NCBI GenBank assembly: GCA_051294905.1
Contig: CM119372.1
Coordinates: 24,244,001 to 24,308,000 of the forward strand
Length of the DNA stretch: 64,000 nucleotides
Source of the DNA: Botryllus schlosseri
Lineage: Eukaryota
Direction: 5' to 3'
In this document: positions 1 to 13,500 of the stretch, piece after piece
How positions within the stretch are numbered: the stretch's first letter is position 1
Layout of the letters: every line of letters begins with the position of its first letter
Made by a program: the position numbers and the translations under genes
The notes under the pieces: generated by a model
Database searches by the model: none
What the model was told of the DNA's origin: nothing
The model's input: the letters and a program-made list of their open reading frames with translations, nothing else

Positions 1-2656
1 AAGAAATAGGCATGGTAAATGAACTTGCTGAAAAACAGTACATTTATTGCTCATTAAAAAAATGACAAATAATTGGAGGGATTGTCTCTTTCACCCTCTG
101 GCTAATAAATATAGCACAAAAAATTATAGTTCGTCACTTTCCGTTTTGACAACATTGCACCAAGTTTAGCAAGTTTTTTTCTCGCTCGGATATCTGTTCA
201 TTAAACTTTAAGGAAGTTCACTTGCGATTTCTCTGACTTTAATCGACGACGCTGTAATGTTTTGTCACTATCTGAAGACAGTTGACTTGAAAATAAGACG
301 AATACTAACACTAGAGGCTTGGTTGTGATAGATTCGACACGAAGTTTGCCCACTTGAGGAAAATTGGATTGAGAGGCGGTCACTGGCCCAACAAAATTAT
401 CTAGCGAACTACACTTTTATCACATCTGAACTAGTTTAAAAAATGAGGGGGAATTTGTATGTAAAGGAAAGATTTCTAATAGTATTTGAACATACTTCCA
501 GCGAAAAAAAAAACAGTCAAAAGGAACTGAGCACTATTTAATGTGACTAAACTGTCAAATGGGCAACTGGGTGGCCTGAACTTGAGCACATGAGCCACGC
601 AATCGCTACATAAGTAATATTGACCGACCTTATCATTGAGCATGACAAAATTTCTCACCGCGAAGACAGTCCACGAATTTCATAAAAATATTACCTCTAC
701 TTGACAAACTGTAAATAGTGGAAAGTATGTAACTAAGCCCTAAAACATGGCCAAGTAGGAATAAGTAGCAAAAAAATAGATTTACTTGAGTAAATACAGC
801 AAGTAGAAGAAAGCTATTTGAGTGCTTCGAAAAAGCAAAAGTATACTTCGTTACTGACCACCGCTGGAAATATGTAATCCATACGTTTCATGCACATGAC
901 CAGATTAGGTAAACCTGTGGCCCTGCTCCTTCATTTTATCTTTTCATTTGATATATGGCTCTAATTTTATGCATTCCATCATGAATCTGGAAAACTTGAC
1001 TCTCTCAAACACGATCTCGCTAACCACCATATAACTGATTTGTGCAGACTGTCATTAAAGAAAATTTACATTTTTGTACACTTGCGATTTAGAATCCAAA
1101 ATTGCACTGCACTGTTACCGATCATATTTAATGGACACATTGCGTGCCTTACCATGATATCATTTGCCTCAAATATTTCGGTTTCCTTCTGCAAATATAC
1201 TATGAAAAAATCATCGTTCACGGAAAAGTGCTGGATATTCACAACATACAAATCACATAACGAAACCGATTGCTTCTTAGAATGATGTACAATTTTGTAA
1301 TGTAGCTAATCCCCAAATGTGGAAATAAACAACATGCTAGGGCATGTAAGCCTCGAGCATACCGCAAGCGTTATCACTACGCATCTGTAATATACGACGC
1401 AGCAATTCATGACATGGTGAATTAGCCAAGACGATTATCATGTAGCACAACTATACGACACACACACTGGCTAAAGTTGTTGAGATAAGATGTTTAAAGC
1501 ATATATTTTAAATCGCTCAAGTATGGAAATATTACCGTTCAACTCTTACTCAGGTACAATTATAGGCCCGATTATTTCAGATCTATAGTCTCCAAACATC
1601 CAATATAAGAACTATATGAAATCATGAACCCATTAATTTTCGAAAACACACAATTATTTTACATGCGAATGTACGGGGCCGTAACTGCCGCGCCCAAACG
1701 TCCCAATTGAGGAGGGGGCAGACTCAAAGGGTGTCCGAAAATTATTTCGCAAATCAAAACAAATTATAAATTATTTTGTGGGAGATTTCGAACAACTTCA
1801 AAGTTTTCTTTGCGCTTTGCGCGATTTAGTGTAATTGAATGTCTGCTTTTTAATATGGGTACCCGCAGCGCTCCAAGAAAAAAAATGGCATCCTTTGTAA
1901 AATAAAGAATATGCATTTCATCGTCGACCATTGCCAATTGTCCATTGTCCGTAGGCGCGGAATAGTCCTACACTTGATATCTGAAGTCACCACCTCCATC
2001 TGCTTTACGTGGACGCGGACTGGAAGACGAAGGAAAATTATCAGCAATGTATGCAATTACCAATATTTTAGCCACATAATTCAATCCTTGGTATGAAATT
2101 TTTTCGGGCCTCGCGAGACTAGGCACAGATGAAAATATTCTGAATTACTGTGAAAGGTGGCTTTCTGTTCATGGTAAAAAGGCTCCCCAGAAGTTGGGTT
2201 TATTATCATATGGGAGAACCCCAAGACCAACGTTATCGGGGGGGGGGGGGGGGGGCAAAGTACTGTTTGGAACCTGCGTGTATAATACTTTGATCAAGAT
2301 GATGTGTCCAGAGTAACCATCACCTTTTCCAAATAGGGGGTTAAAGCACAGGAATAGCTGCAGTCAGGTTGGATAAATTGTGAATTGATAACAAGACTGG
2401 AACTGGAAACTGGAGAGTGTCACTGGACTGTATCAAGCGTTGTGGTCAAATGAAAAATAATTAAGACGTTCAAGTTCTAGTAAAGTATTTCGATCACTCT
2501 TTTTCCACCCAAAGAAATTTAGCTGTCCGCACTTATAAATGTTTAAGAACCTCAGGTCTACTGGAACATGAAGCGTTCACTCTTCATTTGCGCAACGAAG
2601 TTTTCATTAGCGTCTATGTATATCAGTATAATCCAATGATTAGGTATTGTTAATAG

Positions 2657-3758
2657 CAGGGGTGGGCAATTATTTTTCTCCGCGGGCCAAATCAGAAGTA
2701 AAAAATACGTTGGCGGGCCGAGTGAATTTTTTTTAGCTATATTCTCCCGCGCATTTTAATTTTATTTCTAAATTACATTGTTAATAAATCCTACTCAGTG
2801 AATCTGTTGATGTTAGGTAATGAGAAAGGGACGGATGGTTAAAAAAATATTTATTTACCATCATGATTCGAAACAATGTTAAACATGATACATTTTTGGC
2901 TCTCTTTAAATCACTATCCACGTTCTTCTAAGACACTAAAACAGTGGATTCTCAAACTTTTTTAGACACTCCCTCCTTATCGCGATATCACAAAATGTTA
3001 TTAATGAGAGAAATCAGAATGCTATTAATCTCAATGGACAGTTTGATATCATGGAAGGTTTATGGCTGTTGCTGAGACAATTCTCAAATACCAAAGTCTG
3101 ACAATACACAGAGTAATAACCATGAGTTGGAGGGTGAATCGCGCGGAGCGCTAAATTTTTTTATTTCACTGCGGCTTCGGGCCCTCAAATGCTTTCACGC
3201 CTCCCAGTTTGAGAACCCCTGTAGTAAAATGTATTTGGGATGGTACAAAGCTTATTGTATATAGTCGATGCCTTCAGAGCAGAGTGCAGCATGGTAAATT
3301 CACCTATTTTCCACCCATTATGGACTTACATTGCCTGCGAATATACGCGGAGTAGAATTGAACTTACGGCTATTAGCTGTTATCTCGATGGTAGTAAAAT
3401 TGTATGGTCATTAGCTCATCACAGAAAACTATCTATAGAAGTTTATATTACCAGTACAGGTAGAAATAAAGTCAATGAGAGCCTCAAGAAGGCTTGTACG
3501 GGACCGCATGCTGCTCATACTTTGCTACATTGATTTTATTTTGAATGTGGATTACGCATGCTGCTAGGTACGTAAGCAGCGTAATCGTGGCATATTATTG
3601 AACAGGCTTCAAAGTAAACCATTTCCTGTTCAGTTTATACAGCCTATGGTTTTAGTTCACACAACAACATTCAAAAGTAGGTTTTACGTTTTGAATTCAA
3701 AAAAACCTTTCGCGGGCCGCACACAATAGCTCCGCGGGCCGCACTTTGCCCAGGTCGG
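2657..3758. mobile_element. Charlie-like hAT MITE with a nested smaller MITE (2942..3221)
   Basis: CAGGGGTGGGCAA..GCGGGCC left end, GCGGGCCGCACTTTGCCCA right end, TSD GTTAATAG. Confidence 0.8.
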
Positions 3759-4414
3759 GTTAATAGTGTTAAATGAACAAAACCATTTGACCATGAGGCC
3801 AAAAATTTCAATATTTGCAGCGTATCTAAACATGATCTGATTGCTAATTACATTGTTGCGAAGCTATAGTCTTATCTTTACGAAGTTCATACTTTTTATG
3901 AACTATCTCCGCATCGCGTGACATGACTCACATGTCAGATGTAGGTCTACGTTTTTCCTGTGTACACAAATGTGATCCGTAACTAATTTTTAATGTAATT
4001 TTCTCGTACCACTGATATCTTGTTGAACGATCATCTACTAGAAAATGCCGTCATTTCTCTCGATTTCGATCCCCAGCCCTTAACATCTCGCCTAACTTCG
4101 GATCTGGCACCACTAACATTTTTTTAAAGTTCAGCTCAAATACTTACCGGTCGGACGGTCCGCTATACAGCAACCGAGCGCCAGCAAGCCATGTTAGATT
4201 TCTATGCATTTGTGTATATATGCAGCAGTTTAGTTTATTTAACATATGAAAATCAGTAACGGATTCGCGATGTCATTGGTCGACTTGGTCTTTTATCCAA
4301 TCTTCCAGCAAGATGATGATTCCATGGCGGTCTGGAATTTCCGAAGTATGATGAACATCATATTTTGTTGACATGAGTTAAAATTACATCGAACAAACCC
4401 GGAACAGCTGATCC

Positions 4415-4599
4415 TCACATAGGCGAGGCAGTGGTGCTGGGATCCAAAGAGCACATGTCTTTGAAGTTACAATCGTTCGGGTCATTGTAGCCGAAGTATT
4501 CCAGAGCGGCATCCAAGTCCCACGTGCCGTCAGTAACGGGGTTGTTTAACGGCAGATCCAATTTTCTCTCATTATGAAAGACTTGCAACTTCTTTTTGC
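4415..4599 (-). CDS. MINPP1: MINPP1-like exon 8, terminal (GKKKLQVFHNERKLDLP...CNFKDMCSLDPSTTASPM*)
   Basis: ttacag| acceptor phase 1; NE motif and C-terminal Cys pair; TGA at 4417..4415. Confidence 0.9.
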
Positions 4600-7500
4600 C
4601 TGTAACCAGGGAAATTCAGTTTTCTTCATGTGTTTCAACACGGAATGCAAAAACCATGATGAATATAATGTTTATAAAATAATAATCAACAATGTAGAGC
4701 AGGCGTCGGTAACCTTTTTTTTCCAAAAAGCCATATTGACCCTATTTTTCATTTTAACTCAGAAAGAGCCATACATGTCAATCTACTGTTGAACAATTGA
4801 AAATTTGTGACGTCATGGTAGCACCAATTCAAACTCACTACATGGTATATTCGTCGTGTGCGCCACATTTTCTCTATAAAAATTCATACTAACAATGCTG
4901 GTTGCCTTATTTTAGCATGCCAAACTTGACTTAAAAAAACGTAGGTTTGCCGTGATGCTCATTTTAAATGCGAAACCCCATGATCACATGCTTAGGTGGA
5001 GCCAAACGTGGTCGCTACAGTAGTATATAGGCCTACCCACTCTAAGCTGTGATACATCAGTGACGACGGGTCAGGGGGGCAAGTGAGGCAGTATACCTCA
5101 TCTTTTGCCAGGATGAGTGAAAAAAACTTGTGTAATCTTCAATTACTATTGCTATTGCTATTTTCTATGGATGTTCATTCATAGAATGACAAAATTTTGA
5201 AATTTTTTCACCCAAAATCACACAATCATACTTGCGGTGAACACGTCGTTTGTACCTGGCAAACTTAAACCCGCAGTTACCACTATTGGAAAGAAAAATC
5301 AATTACTACGAAGTGTTTATTGTATTCAGATAGGAATGTGCATACACATTGTGCAACTAACGCCTTCGGCGCAATTGACTGCAAATCGATTCATGACAGT
5401 AGCACGTTCCGGAACGTCGGGGTTTTCTCTGTTTCTCCTGCCCGGCGTCGCTCTTGTTATTGCATCTTTGCGAAATGTCCACAGAAAGACCCGATGATGG
5501 ACGACTGCAACACTTCCTCAAAGATTATATTCATATTTAGAACTTTCGAGTTATTTGCCAATGCGGAAGCCTTGAATCTCGATTGCTCCTGAGACGGAAT
5601 CTAAAACATCTAGTACAAAGCTACCAGGGATGGTGTGAACGTGAGATTCACGTTCGCGTTCTGTGTGTGAACCGCAGAAATTTACAGGTTCACGTTCACA
5701 AACGAACCTTGGTAGGTTCTGCACTGTGAACCTTTTTCATATATTACAATTGTCACTTCATTATAACATCTTTGGTTTAAATTTATTGCATTTCAACTCC
5801 GGGCCACTCTATGCATGGCGCTGTCAGCCTAAAAAATCAACACTAAACAAGCATGCACCTTGACAATCTTACAATTTTTACTTGCTTTTTAACAGAAGTT
5901 TGTTCGAAATATCCAGCTTTCCGTCTGTGAATATTTGGTGCCTCTCTGCTCTGAGGTTGACCCGCAAACCGCAATGACACAACATCAAGAGCAAAATACA
6001 CTACATGTAGTCAGCGATTGATGCTTATTAAACCAATCAAAGGAATTTATATCGTTGTCTGATGTAAAATATCTAGCAGGTGTATATGGGGTCAATTTTG
6101 ACTTCACATGTTTATTGTATCATAAAAACAAAATCTGTGCGATTTGGGTGTTGGCTACTGCTATATAACTTGTTAATGGGGTAATATCGGTAGCAAGTAT
6201 AGAAACCCGTTTTACACTCTGCTCAATATCAACGTCGCCAACTCGCCATACTCGCGAATACATTGTCCGGTCTGGCCTCGACTGTTAAAGGCGTAAGCTA
6301 TTGTAGGTATAGGGCTGGGCAAAATCGAGTACCTGAGTGATTCGATTCTGAATCATGTATTATGCTTCGAGTCGAGTCGAGTATTCGATTATCACTCATT
6401 ATCACAGAATGTACTATGTCAAAGTTCAAGTATATACCATTTATGTCACCACAAAGAACATAATGGCTGTTGTCCGTCTCATTAAAAATACTATGGTATT
6501 CTTTCGACCATACCGATTTAATTGCACTTCTTGACAATGTTGTGGGATTATCATTACTTCGGGAATATGTAGCGTTCGTATCTTTGTTTATGTCTCGTAT
6601 GCTGCGACACGGCCCATCAATGGAAAATAGCATCAAAACTATAATTCATGTTAGTAAATTTACTTTCCGTTGCGAGGAGCGTATAATTTCAGTACTCGAA
6701 AAAATCGTCTAATAATACTCGACTCGAATCATTAAAATTAATACTCAAATCAGATTCGAGTACTCGCATCATTGTGCAATAATTGTACGCAAAAGGACCG
6801 AAGATATTGATTTATGGGATTAATATATCATTTGATTGCCACAGTTGACACATTTGGCGACGTTCAAAACGTCAATTAATATGTACTTCAGCATTGTGGC
6901 ATTATGTGGCCCGAGTCGTCGCTAGGTATCGTGTACTGTACACTATACATTAATATAGGCTACCATTTCACTGAAATGTAGCGTTGGAATTAGCAATATG
7001 ACGTCACATGACGTCATGAGGTTCACCTTCGCGTTCACACAGAACCTTTCGAAAACGTTCACGTTCGCACGAACCTGAACCTTTCTGAGGTTCACACCAT
7101 CCCTAAAAACTACGCGTGGTGTAGAATTGGCATTTTTTTATTTACGGTCTCATAAAAGGTACATATTTTAACTTTCAACATCATCCATGCACATATGAGT
7201 CATAATGAGTGATACTCGAGTCCACTCCAACTCAAATACCCGCAACTCGATTTTGCCCAGCCGTAGATATACTGTGATTTAAGTATTCAACGGAATTGAT
7301 TTAGTTTGTATAGATGATTACCATGGATATTATCATTGCATGGTGCGAGCAATTCATATAGGTCTATGTAGTGGAAAACACAAATAGCTTCACCTTAAAA
7401 TTGTAATCATATCTTTAAAATCGGATGTTACTGAAATTTATAAGATGCAACATTTCTGGCACGGCTTCTAGAACTATGGCACCCAGGGGCGGGCAAACCT

Positions 7501-10500
7501 TTTATCCCGAGTGCCGCATTGAACATCGAAATCCATTCGCGGACCGTACTATATATAGTAAAATCCGCATATGAAGCCGTCCGTAACACTATATCCTCTT
7601 AAGCCATATTGTAACCGAAGACACGGAGACACATATATATGCTTAAAAGAAACCACATATTGCTTTGATGGTAACGCACGCGCGTCAGAAACATGAACGA
7701 GATTTTATAAGCTGGCTCTCAATAACCGAGCCGTAGTTTGCCCACCGTGACCGCTATCTGCCATTTTCAAGGTTCACTTGCTGAACACGCGACCGGATCT
7801 CAGATTCGCATCATCCTGATTTTACGCAGTTTATAAATATCCGTGCTTATTCGAATCTCGTGAAGTATTCTTCCAGAGGACCGCTAACGTGGCATAATTC
7901 ATAACGCAAGATTCCTCCACATGATTAAACAATAGGGTGTAGGCCTATTTCCACTAACCGCCGCACTCGTTCACCAAAAATGCCAAATTTGCTCCATTCG
8001 CTGCGATTTCCGATTTCTTGAACGTCCGATTCAGTCTTTCTGGATATTCTTCCGCCTTGAATGGACCCTCGTTCTGTAAATTATTTCGGAATCTCAACCG
8101 AACTTGCCCGAATAGGAATGTAGGCAAATGTAACACGAGGCACATGTTGCATTTATAGACTGCACAAAGTGCACATCGATGTCAACGGCTCATTCTGTGC
8201 CAAATCAATTTCTGCTATTAACTTGCTTCACCAAGTTTGCTTTTGAATATTGTTGTGAGAAGCCGCTGTTCGTTAGGGTTGCGTTTAAAACATAAATCAA
8301 TTTAAAACAAACATGTTTAAAACAAGGCCTTAATTTAAAACGTGTTTTTAATTGTTTTTTATGTTTTTTTTTAAGCCATGACGTCACGAATATTCAATTG
8401 TGACGTCATATTGGATTGACACTGACATTTGAAAATATAGGGTCAAAATAGGTCCTTTGACGAAATATATGTACTATTGCTTTGAACAGACTATTTTGAG
8501 GGTTCCAACCATAGTGTAGTGGAGATAGTGTACTGGTTACGATAAGCGCCTAGCACACAGACGAACCGCGTTCGATTCCCGTCGGAGGTTTATCTGGGCT
8601 CCTCTTCCCCTGCCGTTGCCGTTCTTACGGTGACAAAAAAGCCCAGAAAAAGACCTGACGAAAGAAAGCACTCACATTGAATGGAAAAGAACTAGTTGGA
8701 AGGGACCGCGGCTTCAAAGAGATCAACATCGAAAAAGAACTGTGACATCGGGCACTCTAGGTCGAGGTGTATGTTAGAGTAAAGGATCGCTACTGATGTG
8801 TGTCGTTCTACATCCTCCTATCTGTTCATGACATCGCATTGTACATTGTGTGTGACTTGTTCAGATCAAAAATATAACCCAACCATGTTATATTATGTTA
8901 TCGATAAACGTCGGTAATTGTCCGTAGGCTCACACAGCATGTTTTTTGTAAAGTGTTTACACAATTATGGCATAATTTTACAATAAAAAACACAATTTTA
9001 TTTTTGAAAAGGCCTTTTTTTAAATGTTTTAAACAAAGTGTTTTAAAACACCGTTTGTTTTAAATGCAACCCTACTGTTCGTATTCCAACTCATAGCTTG
9101 TGGTAACAACTAATTGTCCAGTGATTTTGTCGATCCATCACATTTAAATATCACTTTAAAATCAGACCTTTTACCCGATGATGAGAGGAATAAAAACCAA
9201 GAATTATTGTTGGGATCTTGGGAATGAATTGTTACATGGGAGAATAGCATAACACAATGTTACGATGATCCGGGAATAAAGTTACCGTCCTCATCCAGAG
9301 AACATGAGTAAGGTTACAAGATCCTGATTCGAGTCTCGGCTGTAGCATATTTCGAAGTGTCGACTTATCGGAGGTTTGTCCATGCTCCCTCTACCCTACG
9401 TCGCCGTTCGTACGGCGCGTTTACTTATAAAAGCTCAAATAAAGACCCAGTAAAGGACTATTGAATATAGCAAGGAAAACCGTCTAACTCAGCCTAAACA
9501 TCAAGATCAAACACTTTTACGCCGGGTATAAGACTGATGGGATGTCAGAAGCAGTCTTGATTGATTCTATCTTCCGTATCGGATTGTACAGTTGTGTGTT
9601 TTGAGCGGATGAAATTTACTGAGCCACTGACTGTATGGTAATGTACATCGTTTTTAAACACGTCAGCAAATCAAAGCTTGTAGAACTGAAATTGCTGCGA
9701 ATTTCCAGCGAGTGATACTCCAGGTAGAGTCGATGAGCTTGCATGCTAAGAATCACGTTTCACCGCTAGTACATGAGTAAAGAATTTTATTCTAATTTCG
9801 CATTGCTGTCTATAACAGTTTACGCGATTTCACGCCACCGTTGGATGCGTCACTGCAACACCTGACAGTCAAGTGTTTACTTTTCAGGAATTCAATGATG
9901 TTGCACTAGTTATCCATAGATCACATCCATTCAATAATGTAGTTTAGGTATCTTTGCAGTTGCCTTACAATTGACCAAATTGCTAATAAAAGTCGTACTC
10001 TATTTCACGAAAGTCGGTAGAAATAACACATGTCTCCCAAAAGACGAGGTGATGTAACCACGGGCCTGGGTTTCATGACGCATCTCACAACTGATCCCTC
10101 CAGATTCTCTCCAGGGTCCAAATTGCTGGAAATCATCCTTACCTCAATCAATTTCATATCCGCAAGTAGTCGTAACAACATCCATCCGTGACCGTTTAAA
10201 AAATGACTGGCATTGTTGTCATCGCTAATATTTTTCAACGCATCCAAAAGAAACCTTTTCGTGACGCAACCCGACTTGTAACTTAGCTCGGTACCAAACC
10301 CGTGTCTCACGTATGAATCCAGGTCATCTCTGTATTCGAATGCTGCAAAGTAAAATGCATGTAAGCTGTATGCCTTTTTTCTATACGCCAATGCTTTTTC
10401 GCGTTACGAAACTAAATTTGTAGGTGACATCGTTTGGTCGACTTGGATTAACGATTTCACATAAATTGACTAGACTCGAGGCAATTTGTGGAATTGACTT

Positions 10501-13500
10501 GACTTGTACTGGACTCGGCGGTACAAAAATATGGATTCACTCGTGACTCGAAGCAAAATTTTCAACACTGTCATCGGTGTCACTGTAACTTGCATAAACT
10601 GGTTCGGGGCCAATCCAAACCTGGACAAAAAAGTTGGAACCACCACATTCCACCACATCTTCTGACATTTGGTACATGCATAGAGGAATTAATTTTGAAA
10701 AAAATAAACTTTATTCGAGAAAAATTGGACTTCGGGTTAAAATTGACAATTTTGTGCTCATTTCAGCTCTTCTGCATTCAGGTATTATCAATAGATATTG
10801 GATTGCAGTTGAGATTTGGCCCTCGGATTTCTGAGTAGCTAGTCTAATGGTCTATGTTCCCATGTGATATTAAATGCCATACGGTGTAGGGTTAAAAGTG
10901 AAATTAAAGTGAAATTTGATCGATGGTGTGATATCGGTCAAGCGTTACACAATTCAGAATGCGAATTGTTCAAAACCATAGACAAATAATCTAGTGCAGT
11001 GCTTTTCAACCTGTGTGACGGTTTGCACTAGTGCGAATGAAAAAAATTGCAGTGCGAATGACGGAGGTGGTGCGAACGGTGCGAATGAAAATCTCGGATG
11101 AGTGCGAATGACGGAGGTGGTGCGAATGGTGCGAATGAAAATCCCGGATGAGGGCGAGTGAAAATCGTGAATGATAATTGTTGATTTTTCTGACCTGGAA
11201 TAATTTAAATAAACTTATTAGGAAATTCAAGGGCAGTGTAACTTTTGTTGTTGCGACGCAATTGTAAAAACTTGTTTAATTTACGATGCACCACTAATCG
11301 TAGCTCTCACAAGCCGCAGTGAATTGATATTTTCGCACTGTAATTATTACGTAACGAAAAGCCTGGCTCGGAAGCTTGTGTAGTGGGAGACATACAGTAT
11401 ATCAGCCCGTCTGAGCCTGCGACAGGCTCGAAAAATGACGTCAAATTGACTTTCTGCTTTCTTTGGCTAAAAATCATCATACTTTCGCAATAACTGTTCG
11501 ATTATTGCGAGGCACGAGGATAGTAGTAAATACTATCATTACAGACTCACATTTGCAAGTTACTGTAACGCAAATTTTTACCCCGTCAAGGGTTATTGAA
11601 GTATGGACCGCAAAGGGTAAAATTTTGGGTTGACGCGTTGGCAGAGCTATCCGTTAATATGTATGTAATATCTGTTGAATTTATTGCAAAAATCCTGCGA
11701 TAGTTTTTACAAATTCAAGGTCACGAAGTGGAGTAGGCTACTCTAGCCAATAAGTGAGACACGCAAAAAATATGGTTTTATCATGAGAATTCATGATAAG
11801 ATTTGTCCGACTGGTTTTTCTGGAAAACATGGTCGGAGACCGTTTGGATGAGCTAGTGTAGGGACTAGGGATGTGCAACGAGCGAGTTCAGGTCTATGAG
11901 ACTCATTCATTTCGAGGCCAACCCCTTCTGAGTCGGGTCAAATGATGACGCAAAGTTTTGGCCAACAAACTGCTGATGAAATGTGGTGCCAAAACATAAG
12001 AGTCGACAAAACCTTGGCCCAAAAATGAGCGATGCTGAATGGCCAAACCATTCGATATGGATTTGCTCCGTTGTCGGCACGTAATAGTCCTGTTCTTGCA
12101 ATCTGAGTAAGACAGTAATACAGCAACTGCGACACGCGTAGGTAGGCCTATTTAATGCACCCTAATTTGAAATCGCGTGCGTCAGACATATATTATAGAG
12201 CTGTGTTGGGTAGAATTGTGGTGTGCGCATTCTGTATGTCATACATGTCCGTAAAATCGTAGCATAGGCCTACTACTGTAATATTCAAAATGAATTCATT
12301 TTCAAGGGTGTGGCTCGGGTCGCGAGATGCCACAAAAACTCAGATTTTGGTTGTAGTCTAAAAAGCTGCTTTAACGTTATGAAACTGTTATGAATTCTCA
12401 AGTTAGATTGAGCTAAAGAGCAGAACACACAGTATCGTCAGTTTATTTGCTCTTCCCACATACTCGCGAGATATAAAATGGTAAATCGAAAAAAGTCTCA
12501 TAAGGTAGCGAGCTCTAATGTGCTTACTCTTCTTGATCGTTTAGACCTTATTTTCCAAAACATAAGGCAAAAGCCTCATACAAACAGGTGGGGTTTTCAC
12601 CCTTTCGACATACTGGAGCCTCCTAGACCTTTTCGTCAGCTCTCGAACAAATTTTAAGTCCTGGCCATCCAAGCGCTAGTAGACGTTCTTGTACAAAACC
12701 CAACAACTTGTTAGGCAGAGAAGGGTTTTAGTGAAGTAGTTGAAATCAAAACGAGCGAAAATAGTAGCCTTTTTAATGAGACACTACACTTGTTTGTTTG
12801 TTTGTTTGCGGTATTCATGGTGTTTGTCGACTACTATGGTCATTTACACTAGGCCGATATTTTTCATTTTTATTCCGTAACTGCCGACTTATAGCACGGT
12901 CCACTTCTATGCTTTTTGTAAGACACCGCTTACGCGGATGAGGTGACGGGCAGGAGCCTAGATAAACCTCCAATACTTAAGTATAGAAATTCTGAAGTCG
13001 ATCTCGGTCGGACTCGAACCAGCAACACTTGATAGCTTAAGATACATAATAGACAATTTGTTGCACATCTGAACAAATAAATGTTGTGTTTTCATCTTCC
13101 TTTTGCATAACAATTTTCGGTTGGTTTGTGCGAATGAAATTTATTTTACAAAAAAAGTGCGAATGAAGCGCAAGAAGGTTGAAAAGCACTGATCTAGCGA
13201 GTAGAGTATTATATGAAAGCTGAGTCCAAGGATAATTTATCATAGCAGTTGCAGTTTGTTTTTTTGACTGTATATAAGCGGGTAAAATTGCAGTCCCAAG
13301 AGTACACCGCATTCGTACATGGAAATGGGTAAGTTTGGAATATGTTCTGAACCAGTGGTTCTCAAACTTTGTTTACTTATCAGGAATAACTCGAAGGCAG
13401 ATTGTTGGTCAGTGTGATAGATCATAGTCACTATAGCCTACGATGGCTGATCTATACTACGTAAACTTGTTTCGTGTCTTGATATTTTAGGAATCCATAA

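Larger units (their letters stand above)
10997..13191 (+). mobile_element. Buster/Charlie-type hAT deletion derivative with GTGCGAATG subterminal repeats
   Basis: 16-bp TIR CAGTGCTTTTCAACCT, TSD ATCTAGTG/ATCTAGCG; remnant VLVQNPTTC*AEKGFSEVVEIKT (~12680..12755) resembles the Buster C-terminal PxTTYLCExGFS..IKTK. Confidence 0.85.

Noticed and set aside
2238..2255. G18 run (G-quadruplex potential)
   Set aside because: Isolated homopolymer with no functional context; its length may be a sequencing artefact
11006..11230. His-rich ORF and regularly spaced GTGCGAATG repeats (CRISPR-like at a glance)
   Set aside because: Spacers are themselves repeated and there are no cas genes; these are subterminal repeats of a hAT element
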